A program made the translations under genes and the position numbers. A DNA stretch of 64,000 bases, taken from NCBI GenBank assembly GCA_964057225.1, contig OZ059897.1, positions 13,764,001 to 13,828,000 on the forward strand. Direction: 5' to 3'. This DNA comes from Auanema rhodensis. Lineage: Eukaryota > Animalia > Nematoda. The notes beneath the pieces are model-generated. The model had not been told where the DNA came from. It did no database searches and saw nothing but the letters and a program-made list of their open reading frames with translations. Position 1 is the first letter of the stretch, and the number at the start of each line of letters is the position of its first letter. Shown in pieces: positions 16,257-29,790 of this stretch.

Positions 16257-16993
16257 AGAGAGAGTAATGGTTATGAACATGGGGAAGTTGAAGAAAAATA
16301 ATTCTAAAAAATGTTTGATAGCCGTAAGATGGTCAATGTAGCCTTATTAAAAATTCATATACATGCCTCTTTGAAACATCACTGCTTTTCCTTTTTTATT
16401 CATCTTGCATCACCTACTTAGTTTTTTATATCTTATATTTGTTAGCTTTTTTTGATGTTTGTTTATAAAATAATCATACTCTGAGCTGTTTTTACGGGAT
16501 TCAATGTAATTCTTTTCTTCTCATCATCATGCTGTTCTAATCAGAGGCAACATTTCAGAAGAACTCCTTCTTTCTTCTAAGTATTTCGTTAGCTTTTCTC
16601 TTTCTATCTATCCATTTGTCTGCAACACTCTCAGCTTTTTATTTCTATCCGTTTCTCTCGCTCACTCTCATTCCTTTCTCGTGTTCACTCTCTGCTCTTT
16701 TAGTACTATCTATGCCCTGCAACAAACAACTGGCCACCACGAGACTCAGGGTGTGGTTAGAGCATGCAGCCCAGTGCCAGGCTAGTCCCTGGCACTGAAG
16801 CCTCTTATTATGTGCCAAAAACTCCAAAAACCGCCATAAAGCTTGCTGAAACAAATAGAAACAGTAAAAATGCAAAGAGAGAATAATAGATAAACGAAGA
16901 TAATATAAAAAATTTGTTATGAAATCAAGCTTAAAATGACCTTAGGAAATCTTGAACATAAATAATCTTGACATCTATCCTCTCTCTTCTTAT

Positions 16994-16996
<3 letters not shown>

Positions 16997-17041
<45 letters not shown>

Positions 17042-17053
17042 CTCTCTCTCTCT
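16997..17053. repeat. (CT)n microsatellite
   Basis: Visible run. Confidence 0.95.
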
Positions 17054-19515
17054 TTCAAGCTCTCCTTTTCTCTTTAACTTCTTATCCAATTTCCCTCTAT
17101 ATCTATTTCAATAACTCACTTTCTTCATATGAATATCATTGTTTCTATACCGATATTCCGGTACCTTTGATCTCTAGTTCCTTTCTTCTATCTCTTGTAA
17201 CTCTAGCTGACCATGTAGGTTTATGTCATTTTTCACAAATATTTGATTTCGGAAGAAAAAAAATACACAACACAATTCAAAACTTACATCTACATACATA
17301 CATACATACATCATTCGTTTAACAAGGAATATATGTTCAATAAAATTACTTCAATCTTTATAAACGTAAAAAGAAACATTTCAAAATTATACATTTTTTT
17401 TGGTTAACTCCGAATTTCAATAAATTGTAGTTATAATCACGTTTCTCATTATATTTAAGCTTAAGAGAAATGACAAAACTGTGACCTATACATATAAGAA
17501 AACGTTGGCCTATATTTCTTTTGTTGACGAATTTCTTCAAAACGTTTCATGCCTTACATAAATGACTTCAGAATTTTTAGATTTTAGGCTACAAGTTGTC
17601 AGTCTCTTATAATGCTTGTTCATACATACGTACATGTGTGTGTCCACCTGTTACACACACATACATACACACACTAGATTTGGACCAAAATTTTCGCGTT
17701 TTATCCACATGATTATCAAAAATATTTTTATCCTAAATATAAAATATAATTATGTTTGTGTCAAGTTCCATTATTTTGAAATTATTTTCCAAATACTTCT
17801 TATATCATCAATGAAGAGGTAATATGTTGTTCTTTACTTCTTATCCTACCACTCCATCTATCTTTTCTCTCTGAGTCTTGTTTCCGAACGTTTGCTATGT
17901 GCTTTGAACGGTTTACAGTACCAACCAAGTTGGCAAATATCAGGCTCAAACAGCTTCACATAACATGAACGTTGTTACTGAGGCTGGCAACATTTTTATC
18001 TCAGAAACTATCATTATTCATTTGATAAAGCACGTTTCTTTCTTAGCTAAACACCATATTTATTTCAAATTATTCTTAGTTTACGCAATGTAATGAAACA
18101 TTCTCATAAATATATTTTATAATTGAACTAATCTAATTTTTTCAAAAAAAAAAAACTCACTTTGTGGGTACAAATAGTTCCAACCTCAGTTTTAACTGAT
18201 ATTATCATTTTATATATTAATTCATTTATATATTTTATGTTATAATTAGAATGTTTATTATATTTTTATATGTTTACACAATATTTAGTATTAGGAGAAA
18301 ATTTGATAAATCATGGATTAGAGAAGAGAAGATCTCTACATCTCAAAACCTTTTGATGTATTGTTTCTTGTTAAGATTATACTTTGAAAAGTTATTGATA
18401 TCTTAATAGATGTTGAAAGAGCAGGCACAGAACAAGAATTGAAAAAGACATACTCTCCAAAAAAAACTTGAGAGATAGAAAAAAGCGGGAGTGAAAATAA
18501 GCAAGCAAGAGAAATAGAGAAGAGAAAAAGGAAAAGTTGAAGACAACGAAGAAGCTCGAATGAGAGAATTACTATTCGACGAGCCGTAATTAGTCGTGCC
18601 TAGTTGCTGTGGAGGCAATTTGCAATGAGGCTAATGATAGTTCTTCAACTAGTATTCCCGGGTCAGACGAAGGCTGTCATGTTGAAGCTTAACTGAAAAA
18701 ATTCTTATCACGAGTCCTGCTGCAGAGAAGATTTTACTTCATAATTCTATGAATTTTATATTTTTCACATTCATTCGTTTCTTTTCCAAAATATTTCATT
18801 TGTTCGCTTGTTTCTACAATTTTTTTTCTCTTAGTCTTCATTGCTTTTCAGGGTATCTGTCATATCTCATATCCCTAATTTTCGCCATACATCTTCTAAG
18901 CTATCAGTTTTATCAATTGTTCAAGGAGTGCTTTTCAAATTTGAAGAAATATAGCTCACACATAGTTTTAGTTATAGTTTTTTTCTGTTAATTAATGTTA
19001 TTTTCTGTCATTCTATATGTTATCAGAGAGCATTTTTTTTCGAGAGGATTACTTTACTTTCCAGTTTAAACTAAACTATCCTGTTATAATATAATGTCAT
19101 ATAACATAGAGATCATAATCAATACCTTCGAAAAGTATTGAACTGCATTTTTTTCAAAATATAATCTTATGTATTTGCTTTTTTTTTATTGATATAATAT
19201 CAAATCATTTTTTAATATTTGGTACTAATCTTCATGTATATTTATGGAAATATGCTAGCTATTTAATGCATATAATCATTAGAATCATCAACATTTTATC
19301 ATTTATCATTAATTGACTTTTAATATTAGCATTAATTATCCTAAAAATTATCATATAAATATATAAATATATATATTTATATGAATAATTAGTCTAAGGT
19401 GACAATAGCTTTGCGACATGATACCTAATCAACTAATAGAACAATAATCGTATTTTCATTATAATTAGCTAAATATTGCTACTAAGTTGTTTATAATCTT
19501 ATTTCAATTATTAAA

Positions 19516-19521
<6 letters not shown>

Positions 19522-19576
<55 letters not shown>
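19522..19576. repeat. (TA)n microsatellite
   Basis: Visible run. Confidence 0.95.
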
Positions 19577-19578
<2 letters not shown>

Positions 19579-22133
19579 AAATGTATATTTATTATTATAA
19601 TATACTCATTTTTTTCCAGAAAAAATCTAAAAAAAATCTATTATATATATATATATGAATACAAATTTATATCTCACATAATTAAAGCATATTTTCATAT
19701 ATTTCTACTTTTCTGTATTATATTATGCTCTTCCTGATAGAACAGTTAAAACCAGCTGGTGTCCAGTGAACACAGGACTGTTAGTCGCTGCTCCACCCGT
19801 TCAATGTCAAAAACTTTAGCAAATAGTTTTTGAAATTCTTCGCTTCACTCCACACATTTTTCAAAGTTTCTAACAATATGTTCATTACTAGCTGTTATGA
19901 ATATTATTTTCTTATACCAATGAACATGAAACGGGAATGTAACTAATGAAAGTGAATGTTCATTCCTGGGAGCTCACTGATTTAAACCTTTTTTCCTTTT
20001 CTTTTCCCTCTCTCTCTCTTACTTTTATAGTCTGTCCTCTCGATCACATCAACTCTTTCCGCTTATGTTCTGTTCTCTAACGAAACGCTCACTTTGAGGA
20101 AATGAGCCCTTTCCAGATAGTTTTCAACACAAGCTGCAAGCGGGAAATTCAATTTGTCTGAAACATAACGCTCGATTGGCTCTGATGTGCCGAAGTAAAC
20201 AAGCTTCTCTGCTCTCCATCTACATGTACCTCACTCTCATTCTACTCTCTATTTCTCTATCTCTCTTTTCTTTTTTCTTTTAACCCATCGTACTCATTTT
20301 CCACGTCTAACACCCACCAACTTCGTTTTGAATTCAAAGACTTCAAAAAAAGTGTTCTCGTGCTAGTCAATATTTCCATATTTTTGAATCACGTTTCTGT
20401 GTTTGCTACTATTCTACTGATCCAACTTGAAGCTCATTGAGACTTCTAAGTTGCTTTTACTAATGTCTTTCAAAGCACAATAACGTGTTCAAAAGCTTCA
20501 CAACCATATAGATATGTACATAAATAAATTTATATTTTTATTCTTATATTCCATATGATTACTGATTTTCTTATTCTATATCTTTTGCTACCCTCATTGA
20601 GTTAACTCTTCTCCATTCTTTTCTACCGAAATAGAGCAGACACTGCAATAGCATGTGTTCTCAACTTCGGAGCTGTAAAATTTTCCGAAGTTTTCTCATC
20701 ACGTTTATCCTTTTTTTGTTTTCATTTTCAATAAGTTTGGTCAAAATATAAAAAAAAATGAAAAAACTATCAGAAATGAAATAGAACCGTTTAGTCTATC
20801 GAATCTAGTTATACAACCATGATTTCAAAAAAAAAACTTTTATACCGTATTTATTGTTTACTTTTTGTTTTTATTTCTTGTTCTCAACGTCTTTTTTCAA
20901 TTTTTAATTATTATATCTTGATGAGTTGAACATTAATGAAAAGATCACTCATATACTGTGTGTCCTTTATATTTATATCTAACGTTTTACGTTCATGACT
21001 TCTTAACTACGTAACTCATCCGGAAACAATTTTCTGAAGCTGTCATACTGCCTCACTTTCTTTTCATATAAACTTAACTTACGTCCGAATCCAGTCTAAC
21101 CTTCTCACGAGAATGTTTCTCTTCTATTCTATATTAATCCCACGGTTTCCGAGCAAAAGAGTTTAAGAGCATTAGAAAGATATGAATTGAACTGAAGCTA
21201 TTTTACAAATTTTAACTGATTTATCTATTTGTCATTATTTTTATTTGGATGTCCACTCTGGAGTTCTTATTTCGGTATCGATTAATGCTCAAGAGGTGGT
21301 TGTTCTGCCATGTGATTTACTTGTCATCCGAACGAAAATTGAGAGAAAAAGATGGCTGCAAAAAAGACGTTCCAAGTGGTGCAAGACTTTAAAATATTCG
21401 ACATTTTGAGTGGGTCATCAGATTGTTTTGAAATATTAAAATATTTAATTAATAACAAATAAAAATAATTTTATATTAAAAATCATTTAGTTGGTATAGT
21501 TCTTAGTTATCTCTTGAGATTATATAATATATCTTACTGTAATAAGGATTATTAAAACAAGAGATAACAGATATTCAAGAGTGTTCTGTATATATCAGAG
21601 AAAAGTATAAGAATATAAGAGGAAAAGAAGAAATATAGAGAAAGAGTTAAAAAGGAAGAGAATGAGAGAAAGAAAAAAGAGGAGGGGGAACGTACCGAGA
21701 TGAGAAATAGTGAGAAGCTAGCAGCCGGCTTGTGAGCCAATGCAATTTCCATTGAAACCCAGCTTGGCAAATGGCAGTTCTTTCGATGTTGAGCTGTCCA
21801 TTCTGAGACCCATAGCATGTCGAACAAGAATTAGCTCAGCCAACCACCTTCATATGTTTCAAAAATTCAAATTTCGAAAGTTAGTCAGTGGCTGGCTACT
21901 TAATAATTCGGCGTTATGTTCATACGTTTCTTATGATTTTTTAATAAAATATGAAAACTCTGAATAGAAGTTAAGTTTCGTGGGAAAATTTCAAAATCTT
22001 GGAAATTTAACATATCAATATCGAATAATTCATGTTTAATTTCATTTTTGTTTTCTTTTTATTTTGTTCTTATTGCTTTTTGTTTATTCTCTAACTATAT
22101 GAATAGTTTTCATCTTAAATATTTAGATCCATC

Positions 22134-24482
22134 ATGGATCTTATTGAGGGTCAATGTATGGTCTGTGGGGATCGATCAGCTGGAAAGCACTATGGAGTAA
22201 TGGCTTGCTACGGTAGTTTTGAAGCTTCATTCAATGAAACTTATGTTTTGATTATTTTAGGATGCAAAGGATTCTTCAGACGAACTATAAGAAGTCAACA
22301 GACCTACCAATGCCGGTTCAAGCAATGTTGTAGTATTGATAAAGGTTCATCTTAATAAACAATTATATTTCAATATCGTGAATATCTTTCAGATCAGCGA
22401 AATGCTTGTCGGTTTTGTAGATTTCAGAGATGCCTCAGTGTTGGAATGGAGCCTGACGGTATATAACCCGATATTTCTATGTTTTCTATCTAAATGTATA
22501 ATTCTATAGCTATTCGTCCTGATCGTGATGTAATTGGAAAACAGAAAAATCCCAGAAGGAAAAAGATAAAACGAGAAGATTCGTCATTACCATCACCTGG
22601 AAGCGAATCACCGTACGTTATTCATTTCTCGAAAACTTTTTTTTCTTCAAAAGACAACTTATTTGTTTATTGAGAATGTATATATGTTTTTACCAATAAC
22701 GGTATCATTATTCTAAAATTCACAAACAACTAACAATAAGTATAAATGTACTTTTGAAATCAACAATAACAATTCTTTATATTTATTATTATTTTTTATT
22801 GAATATGAATTGAAAAAAGAAGTATTTTATTATTTTATTTGTTAGGTTCAGCACGACACATGAAGATGTGCTGGTAACATACTTAGTAGAAATTGAAATG
22901 CAAGCAATGGCTGGACCAACATCTGGAAGAGCTTTCGATATGATTAAGGCTAGAACTCTTTTTTTGGAAATTTTAATTTTACAAATGTTTTTTTATTTTA
23001 GCCAGACCCTGATTTTGATTTGCCGCATTTATTTCTGAATCGGTTCTCATTTTTGGCCGAATCTTATGAGGTTTGTTAATAACTTCAGGCGTAAATAATG
23101 TATAATTACAATTTCAAGATGTCGTACGATGTTGGACGTGTAGCAACCGTTGAACAACTTGCCTCGTCTATGAGACGTTATGTATTGGCTACTGTACATT
23201 GGGTAGAGGCTTTATTTTCGTTGGCCCAGATTGATAATGTGAATGAAAAGGTATCATCATACTATACTGCATCGAATTAATTTCTTCTCATGCTTTTTTG
23301 GTTTATTGCCAATCAATTTTATTTTTTTCTTTCTTTAAGACTGCGCTGTTGAAACAAGTATTTCCATCATACTTACTTTTATGTCAAGCTGCTCGAACAT
23401 CACAATTGGCAGCAAATAATTGCATATGTTTATGTAATCGTACAGTACTACCACGTACTTTACCAAGACATTTACATGAAACAAAGTAATAACACTATTT
23501 ACTTTATATCATCAAAAACAATTGTTTTTAGCATGTTATCCAATAATATGATTGGCCGCATTATTGATGAACTCGTTGGTCCTATGAAAAAGCTTGGTCT
23601 AAATGAAGCAGAAATCGTTGTTTTATCAGCTTTAGTCATTCTTGATCCTGGTAACAAACAGTTTTTGCTAATCTTTATTAATTAAATGCTTGACTGTAGA
23701 TGCACCTGGATTGTCCCATGCCACCTCTACAGCCCTATCTCAGCTGAGAGATCGTACACAGAACGCATTATTTCATCTAATTCGTGAAAACTGCAATCAG
23801 CTGCATACGGTTACAAGTCGTTTTGGCAACATTCTGCTTTTACTTCCTCCATTGGCGGTATATTTCGTTTACTATATGTTCCCTTATTGATAACTCAATT
23901 TATTTCAGAAACTCAGTTCGCTTGTTGGAGAAAATGTTCAATTTGCACGCATGTTTGGAAGTGGCAATGTAGATCCACTGTTGGTTGAACTTTTTCTAGC
24001 AAATCCTGCTGCAGAAGTAAGTTTGAAGAAAAACTTACGTAGAGATCTAACTGTACTGTTTTCTTTCCCAGCACAACATCATGCCTTCACCAACTTATCG
24101 AGAACGAAGTGATGTATCAACTCAAACAAACGCCTCATCATCACCTTGTTTACCATCAGATCTAAATGATGTTATGCAAGAGGAAATGCCAACAGCACCT
24201 GGCTCCGAATCGAATGGCTCTGCTCAAACAGTATTGCCTACTCCTCCAGGTTTCACTGTGTTGACTCTTTCAAATCAATAAAGCATACTTTCAGTGAATA
24301 ACTTCCATGCATTCTATTTCCCTGGACATCAGTTCTCAATGACTCAAACTACATTGACATACAATAACAACAATACCGTAGCTAGTAGTACTCCAAACGC
24401 TGTATCTGCTGTCTACAGTCCTACGTCAAACTTTTACGAGAACCAAGCAAGCCAAGTGGTAGCACCACAATTTTTCATGTAA
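22134..24482 (+). CDS. nhr-88: Nuclear hormone receptor of the nematode HNF4-derived group (nhr-88-like), multi-exon
   Basis: C4 zinc fingers [58 protein letters not shown], hinge IRPDRD, LBD motifs ([27 protein letters not shown]; [13 protein letters not shown]), S/T/N-rich tail. The family call is secure; the specific orthologue is recalled from the P-box and hinge and needs a phylogenetic check. Confidence 0.85.
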
Positions 24483-27240
24483 ATCAGATTGTCTCTCGAA
24501 TACGGCCACTGATTTTTTGAACTATAGAAAAACTTGTTTTCCAAAACAAAGCAAAAAAGATCATTTTCCCGGCTGTCAACTCATCTGGTCTTGAGACGAA
24601 GTATCAAACTTTTAACATATAATATACCATATATACTCGTTATTTATTATACTTTTTATATACTCGTTTTCATCTAGCAGATCTGAGTTGGCAGTTGCTC
24701 AGGGTCTATACCAAATACCTCCAGCTTTTTTCTCTTTTATTTTTATTTTTTATAAACCGGACCAACCTCAAATATTCTAGTCAGTACAGCCTTTTCTATG
24801 CATTCGGCGACGTAGTTCGTAAACTAACCCTTCATTATGAAGATCTCACTAATAATCCCCCAGATATTGAAAAAACGTGGTCTATCAATCTACCTGAAAA
24901 CCCAAATCTCTTACCTCTATACAGATAGTCTTTTATTTTGTATTATATATTGTATACGTCGCTAACCTGAAATGCTTATTGAAATCCTCTACCTTGTTTG
25001 TTCTTTATCGTTTCAACTTTTTTTGAATTTTGAAATTATGAACTGAAAAAGCTCTATTTATGAACCCAGAAATGTTGGAATTATGTTTTTGTTCTTATAT
25101 TTATTTGTTTTCGTTATATTTTACTCTTAAATCCCTTCCCCACTCTTCTTTAACCATATGCCACAATCCTAGTCTAAATTATTCTTTCCTTCTATGCAAA
25201 ATTGACTTTGTTAATAGGCGAAACATCCACTCGAAATCTTAACATCTGAATTCTCTATGTACTCAATTCTAGACACTGATCACACACTTCTAAAACCCAT
25301 TTATTAATCTTTAAATCTCAAGTAACAACATAAAGTAGCCAAGCACTTGTATAAACGTAGTAACTGGTCAGTTACAAGCAAGAAACAAACACAAAACATT
25401 ATGAGCAGGGTTGAATTCAAATTATCTTATTTAAAAGGATTAAACTTAAAATAAATAAGAATTTGGTTTCTAGATAGGAAGAATATATATTCATTAGCTT
25501 CTGTGTAATTACTTTTATCATTTTTATTATACTTGCAACTCCTTCGCTCGAAATTTTCAACCATTTATCTTCCTAGAGAAGAAGTTTCTGCTGTTATCAG
25601 TATCGCTTATCAAATCTGGCTACTTAAAGTTGATGACCTTTTGATTTTTGGTTAAAAAATATTTTTGTTTCTTTTTCAAAATTCCATTCATATTTTCTGA
25701 AATAAGTAGAAATATATTTTATTTTGTTGTATAGATTAGAATCTGATACACTATAATGTATCCGTACAGGTTAATCCACTTCCGGATTCGAAAGTCTCCT
25801 TCTAGATACCTCTTCTTTGTGTTTCTTTTTGTTTGTTGGAATATTGTATAAACATGGTAATCATCTAAAAAATATTTATATGTAACCACACATGTTTCTT
25901 TGTAACGCATCGAGAGCCATTCGATTATTGTAAAGTAACTGTGGCTTTTAATCTAACATATAATTTTTTATATTCAAAAAATTTGAAAACGCGAGTTTAT
26001 TGAACAACGTGTTAACCAGCTACTGCAGCTTCTTTCAATCAACCTCTATCTGTCCATCTGTCTATAAACCTTTTTGTCCTTTTCCTGCCGCTTCTTCAGC
26101 AAATTAGGTTTTAACTTAGTAAGCGAGAGATCTAATAAACGTTCTTCTCTCGTTCTCAATCTTTTCTTCTCTCTCTCTTTTCTATTTCAACTACTCTCAC
26201 CTGCTTGTAGCTGATAAAATTTACGGATTAATTATCTATTATTTTTCAATTTTCTCTATACTCTACCTTTCTTGGACGACGTGTTCGAAATTTGTGTGTT
26301 TGTATTTGTATGTATATATAAAACATGTTTATATATATTACTTGTAAAAATTGTTAACACACAGCTATTTCAGAGGGCTGTATCAGCAATTTGTTGTCCA
26401 ATAAAGATTTGCGTAGCTTTTGAGTTAGTTTATATGAAAACTACGTTTTCTGCAAGATGAAACATAATTGATAAACTTTGTCTGAGACTGCTACAAGTGG
26501 TTATCAATGAAACATTTAGAAAGCCAATAGACAATTAACTAATGATTTGGCTTACACACTGCTTGTCGTAATGATAAATTTGAAATATCTAACAGGAATC
26601 ATAATGGTTATTTTCAAAACCCACGTTTTGATACAGTTTATTAAGATCATGATTTTCATCACTGAAAATACTTCTGTTATCGCATTACTGGAACTGAACT
26701 TCTTGACAACCACAAGCAACCGTCCGGTCACTTTGCACTTTTTACAATGAACATCATACGATTTTCAGTAGTCAGCAAAGAGTTCTATTTTCCAGGATGA
26801 AACATCATGAGACTGTCATATAACCAGAAAAAAAAGAAAAAAGGATAAAACATAAAACATTTAGTGAGAATTATTATTTTGTTTTGATATTACTTAATGT
26901 ATACTATTTGTATTTCATACAAAAAAATAACACCCGTATATAACACAGAATAAGGCAAGGTATTTTTTAGGATTTGTGCAAGAAAATCGAATCATTGAGG
27001 AATTTTGACAGTGGAAGTAGAATGAAGTGATTATAAGGAACATTTTGAGATGTGTGGAAAAGACTTAGAGAAGTGAAAATTGCAAAAGCTAAAAAGTAGA
27101 GAGAAGAGTTTGGAAATAAGAGCTCGTGACTTAATATAGATATCTACATAGAAACATTAAAGAAAATACAACAAATACATACATAAAGCGATTTGAAAGT
27201 ATATAGAAAACAATACTTTTGATAACAAATGGACAACAAA

Positions 27241-28936
27241 TTATTCTCCAATTAAAGGTGCGGTAGAATAACGATCATATGAACCAAGCAATACTTCCTC
27301 TTCGCAATCCTCATCAGCATAGGCATGATACATCTCTTCAGGAATGCTATACAGTGGACTGCTAACAAGACTACGGGAAACCTGAAGAACCATATTATTA
27401 CGCTTCATCATTATTTTTAAAAATACTCCATTTAAATATTACTGAAATCAATAAAATAAATACTAACCGATACTCGTCTAGCAGCTGGTATCGCTGGAGA
27501 AGATAAGCTAGTTCTTAGTCTAGGACCGTTTTGATTACGATTGGATCGATTACCAGCAAGCACTGGTCTGTCATATGCAGTAGGCTAAAAGGAAAAAACA
27601 TATTAGGTTATACAAAATTATAAATACCTGTGTTAATGGTCTATACCTCCTTCTCCAATTACGAACAACAACCACTTCGGCAATTGGAGCAACGGAAGTA
27701 CAGTCATTAAAAACCTGCAAAGAACGAATTTAATTACTTTCAAAATCGAAAAGTATAAGAGACACTTACTTCAGTTGATAAATCAGCGCTGTCTGTTCTT
27801 CTTTTGAGTCCTGGTCGGAAAACGTACAGGATTGCCCATATAGGAATGAGAAACGAGAAAAGGTCATACGGCACTTTTAAAATCGTATATCGTATTTGAT
27901 CGTGTTTCTAAAATCATTAAACTTTCTCAAAATACAAAATAAATATAAACTAACAAAAACTCCGCTACACCCTTTATTGTCATCTGCTAGCATAAACAAG
28001 CTTATGTGGTAACATAAATCTGCTAACGCAGAAGTTTCAAATGTCCAAAACAAACTATAAAAAATTCAAACAATGAAAACAAAATTAAAAATTCATCTCT
28101 CTTACCTAAGAAGTTCAATTCGTTGACTCCGTTGAATGTTGGACGAAGCAGAAATTCGACTCATTCGTTTCAGAATCAAAAAGAAAGAGCCAACCATAAG
28201 CTGGACTATTACAAATTCCCCAGCAGAAAACCATATCCAATATGGAGCTGAAATTCAACTCTTTTAATAAATAAACAGTAAAATGAAAAACCATGACAAT
28301 CCGTCCAAGGTTCAATCGACAGAAGCAATCCCATTACCAGAAACATGGTGAAAAATGTAAACATTAGGAATAAAGCCACGAAACATAATCTAATAAAGAA
28401 AAGCTGATTATTAAAATTTCACATGAGCGAAACCTTCTTCCAGCCGCGGAACTCCAATGCATCATTTTCGATGCAATATCGAGATAATAGTAACAAATAA
28501 CAACAAGTTCTACAGCTTTTATATAGGATATGAATAGAGCCAGTTGAGTATTCCATCCTAATAGCCATTCAAAGGAGCTAGAAAATAAATGAGAAGTTTA
28601 AATTTAAAGACTAAAATCATACCCAGCAATACAATGTACACATAACAAGTAATATAATAGTAGCCGTATATGTGATGGTTGATTTGAGTGCAACAATATT
28701 ATACGAAGAAAGGCTGTCCATGATGTGAGGATAGCAAGTAATGCTACACCAACAGATCGAAAGCATGCTAAACAATTAATTGAAACAATGTTTTTTTTCA
28801 ATTAGCTACCTATTGTATCCGGTCGCGAAATACAGTTTGCACATAGTACATCCTGACTTCGGTTCATATACATAGAAGAGTTACCATCTTCCAGCCAACG
28901 TCTCCACCATTCAGAATCAGGGCCCCACGGAATCAT
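27241..28936 (-). CDS. Uncharacterised multi-pass (about 7 TM) membrane protein, possibly GPR137/TOM1-like, with an acidic dileucine tail
   Basis: Frame-consistent exons MIPWGPDSEWWRRW..ACFRSVGVALLAILTSW..EPWTDCHAPYWIWFSAGEF..CSGVFKHDQIRYTILKVPYDLFSFLIPIWAILYVF..EEEVLLGSYDRYSTAPLIGE*. A TTTCAG acceptor lies 14 nt before the ATG. Start and family are uncertain. Confidence 0.75.
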
Positions 28937-29790
28937 TATAAGAATTAAAACTGAAATTCAAATTGAAATATGAAACAGGAATCAATAAGAAGCATAGAGA
29001 TAAAGAAAAGGTCGAATAGTGTTTTAAAAAGTGACATGATGAAACGACAGGCACAGCCAGCATCAATAGTAAGAACTTTAGCGCGTGATCAGGGGACAAG
29101 CAATGTTTATAAGCGAGAAGTGAATACAAAAACGATGTTAGAACGATAAATATGAAGCATATTGATCTGGAAAGCTAATGTAATGTTTTCTTAAAATATA
29201 AAAAGCATTTTCATGACAAAATTATCTATGAACTAAGAACTTCTGCAATTTAGTGATAACAAGAGAAGGCAAGCTTGGAGTCCTCCAAAACATAAAATGA
29301 CGCATATAATTGTGATTCCAAGTGATAATGGAATGTTAAATTGAATATTTTGAAAAATCTGAAAATCGAACTGAAAATTAGTCATGAGAGATACATAACA
29401 GAATGAAACTCAATCAAAAAAGGAATGACTCATCTATGCCGAAATAGTGAATATCATGAAGTAAAAAATGGATAATAAACCAAACATTATATATGAATGT
29501 TTAAAACATCATTTATATACAAATAATTCGATTAAAACAAAGCCAGTTTTTATCTTTCTTTTGAGAAATCCATAAAAATCATTTTATAATAGATTGGGTA
29601 AGCTTATATTTCAAGTAAACAACAAATAAACAACGCATGATGCTGACCCATAACCGACACCGTTTGAAATTCAAGATTAATTTAGTAAAAAAAGAGATCC
29701 TAGATTATGGTTAATACTATAGAAAGTTGATAAGCACAAACATCATATCATAATTACGAAAGCACATAGAAAGAGTTTCAGTTGTTTTTT

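Noticed and set aside
28990-29440. Hydrophobic minus-strand frames between pigw-1 and the 7TM gene
   Set aside because: Donor and acceptor phases do not join into one ORF, and T-rich sequence readily gives hydrophobic frames. An N-terminal extension is not excluded.
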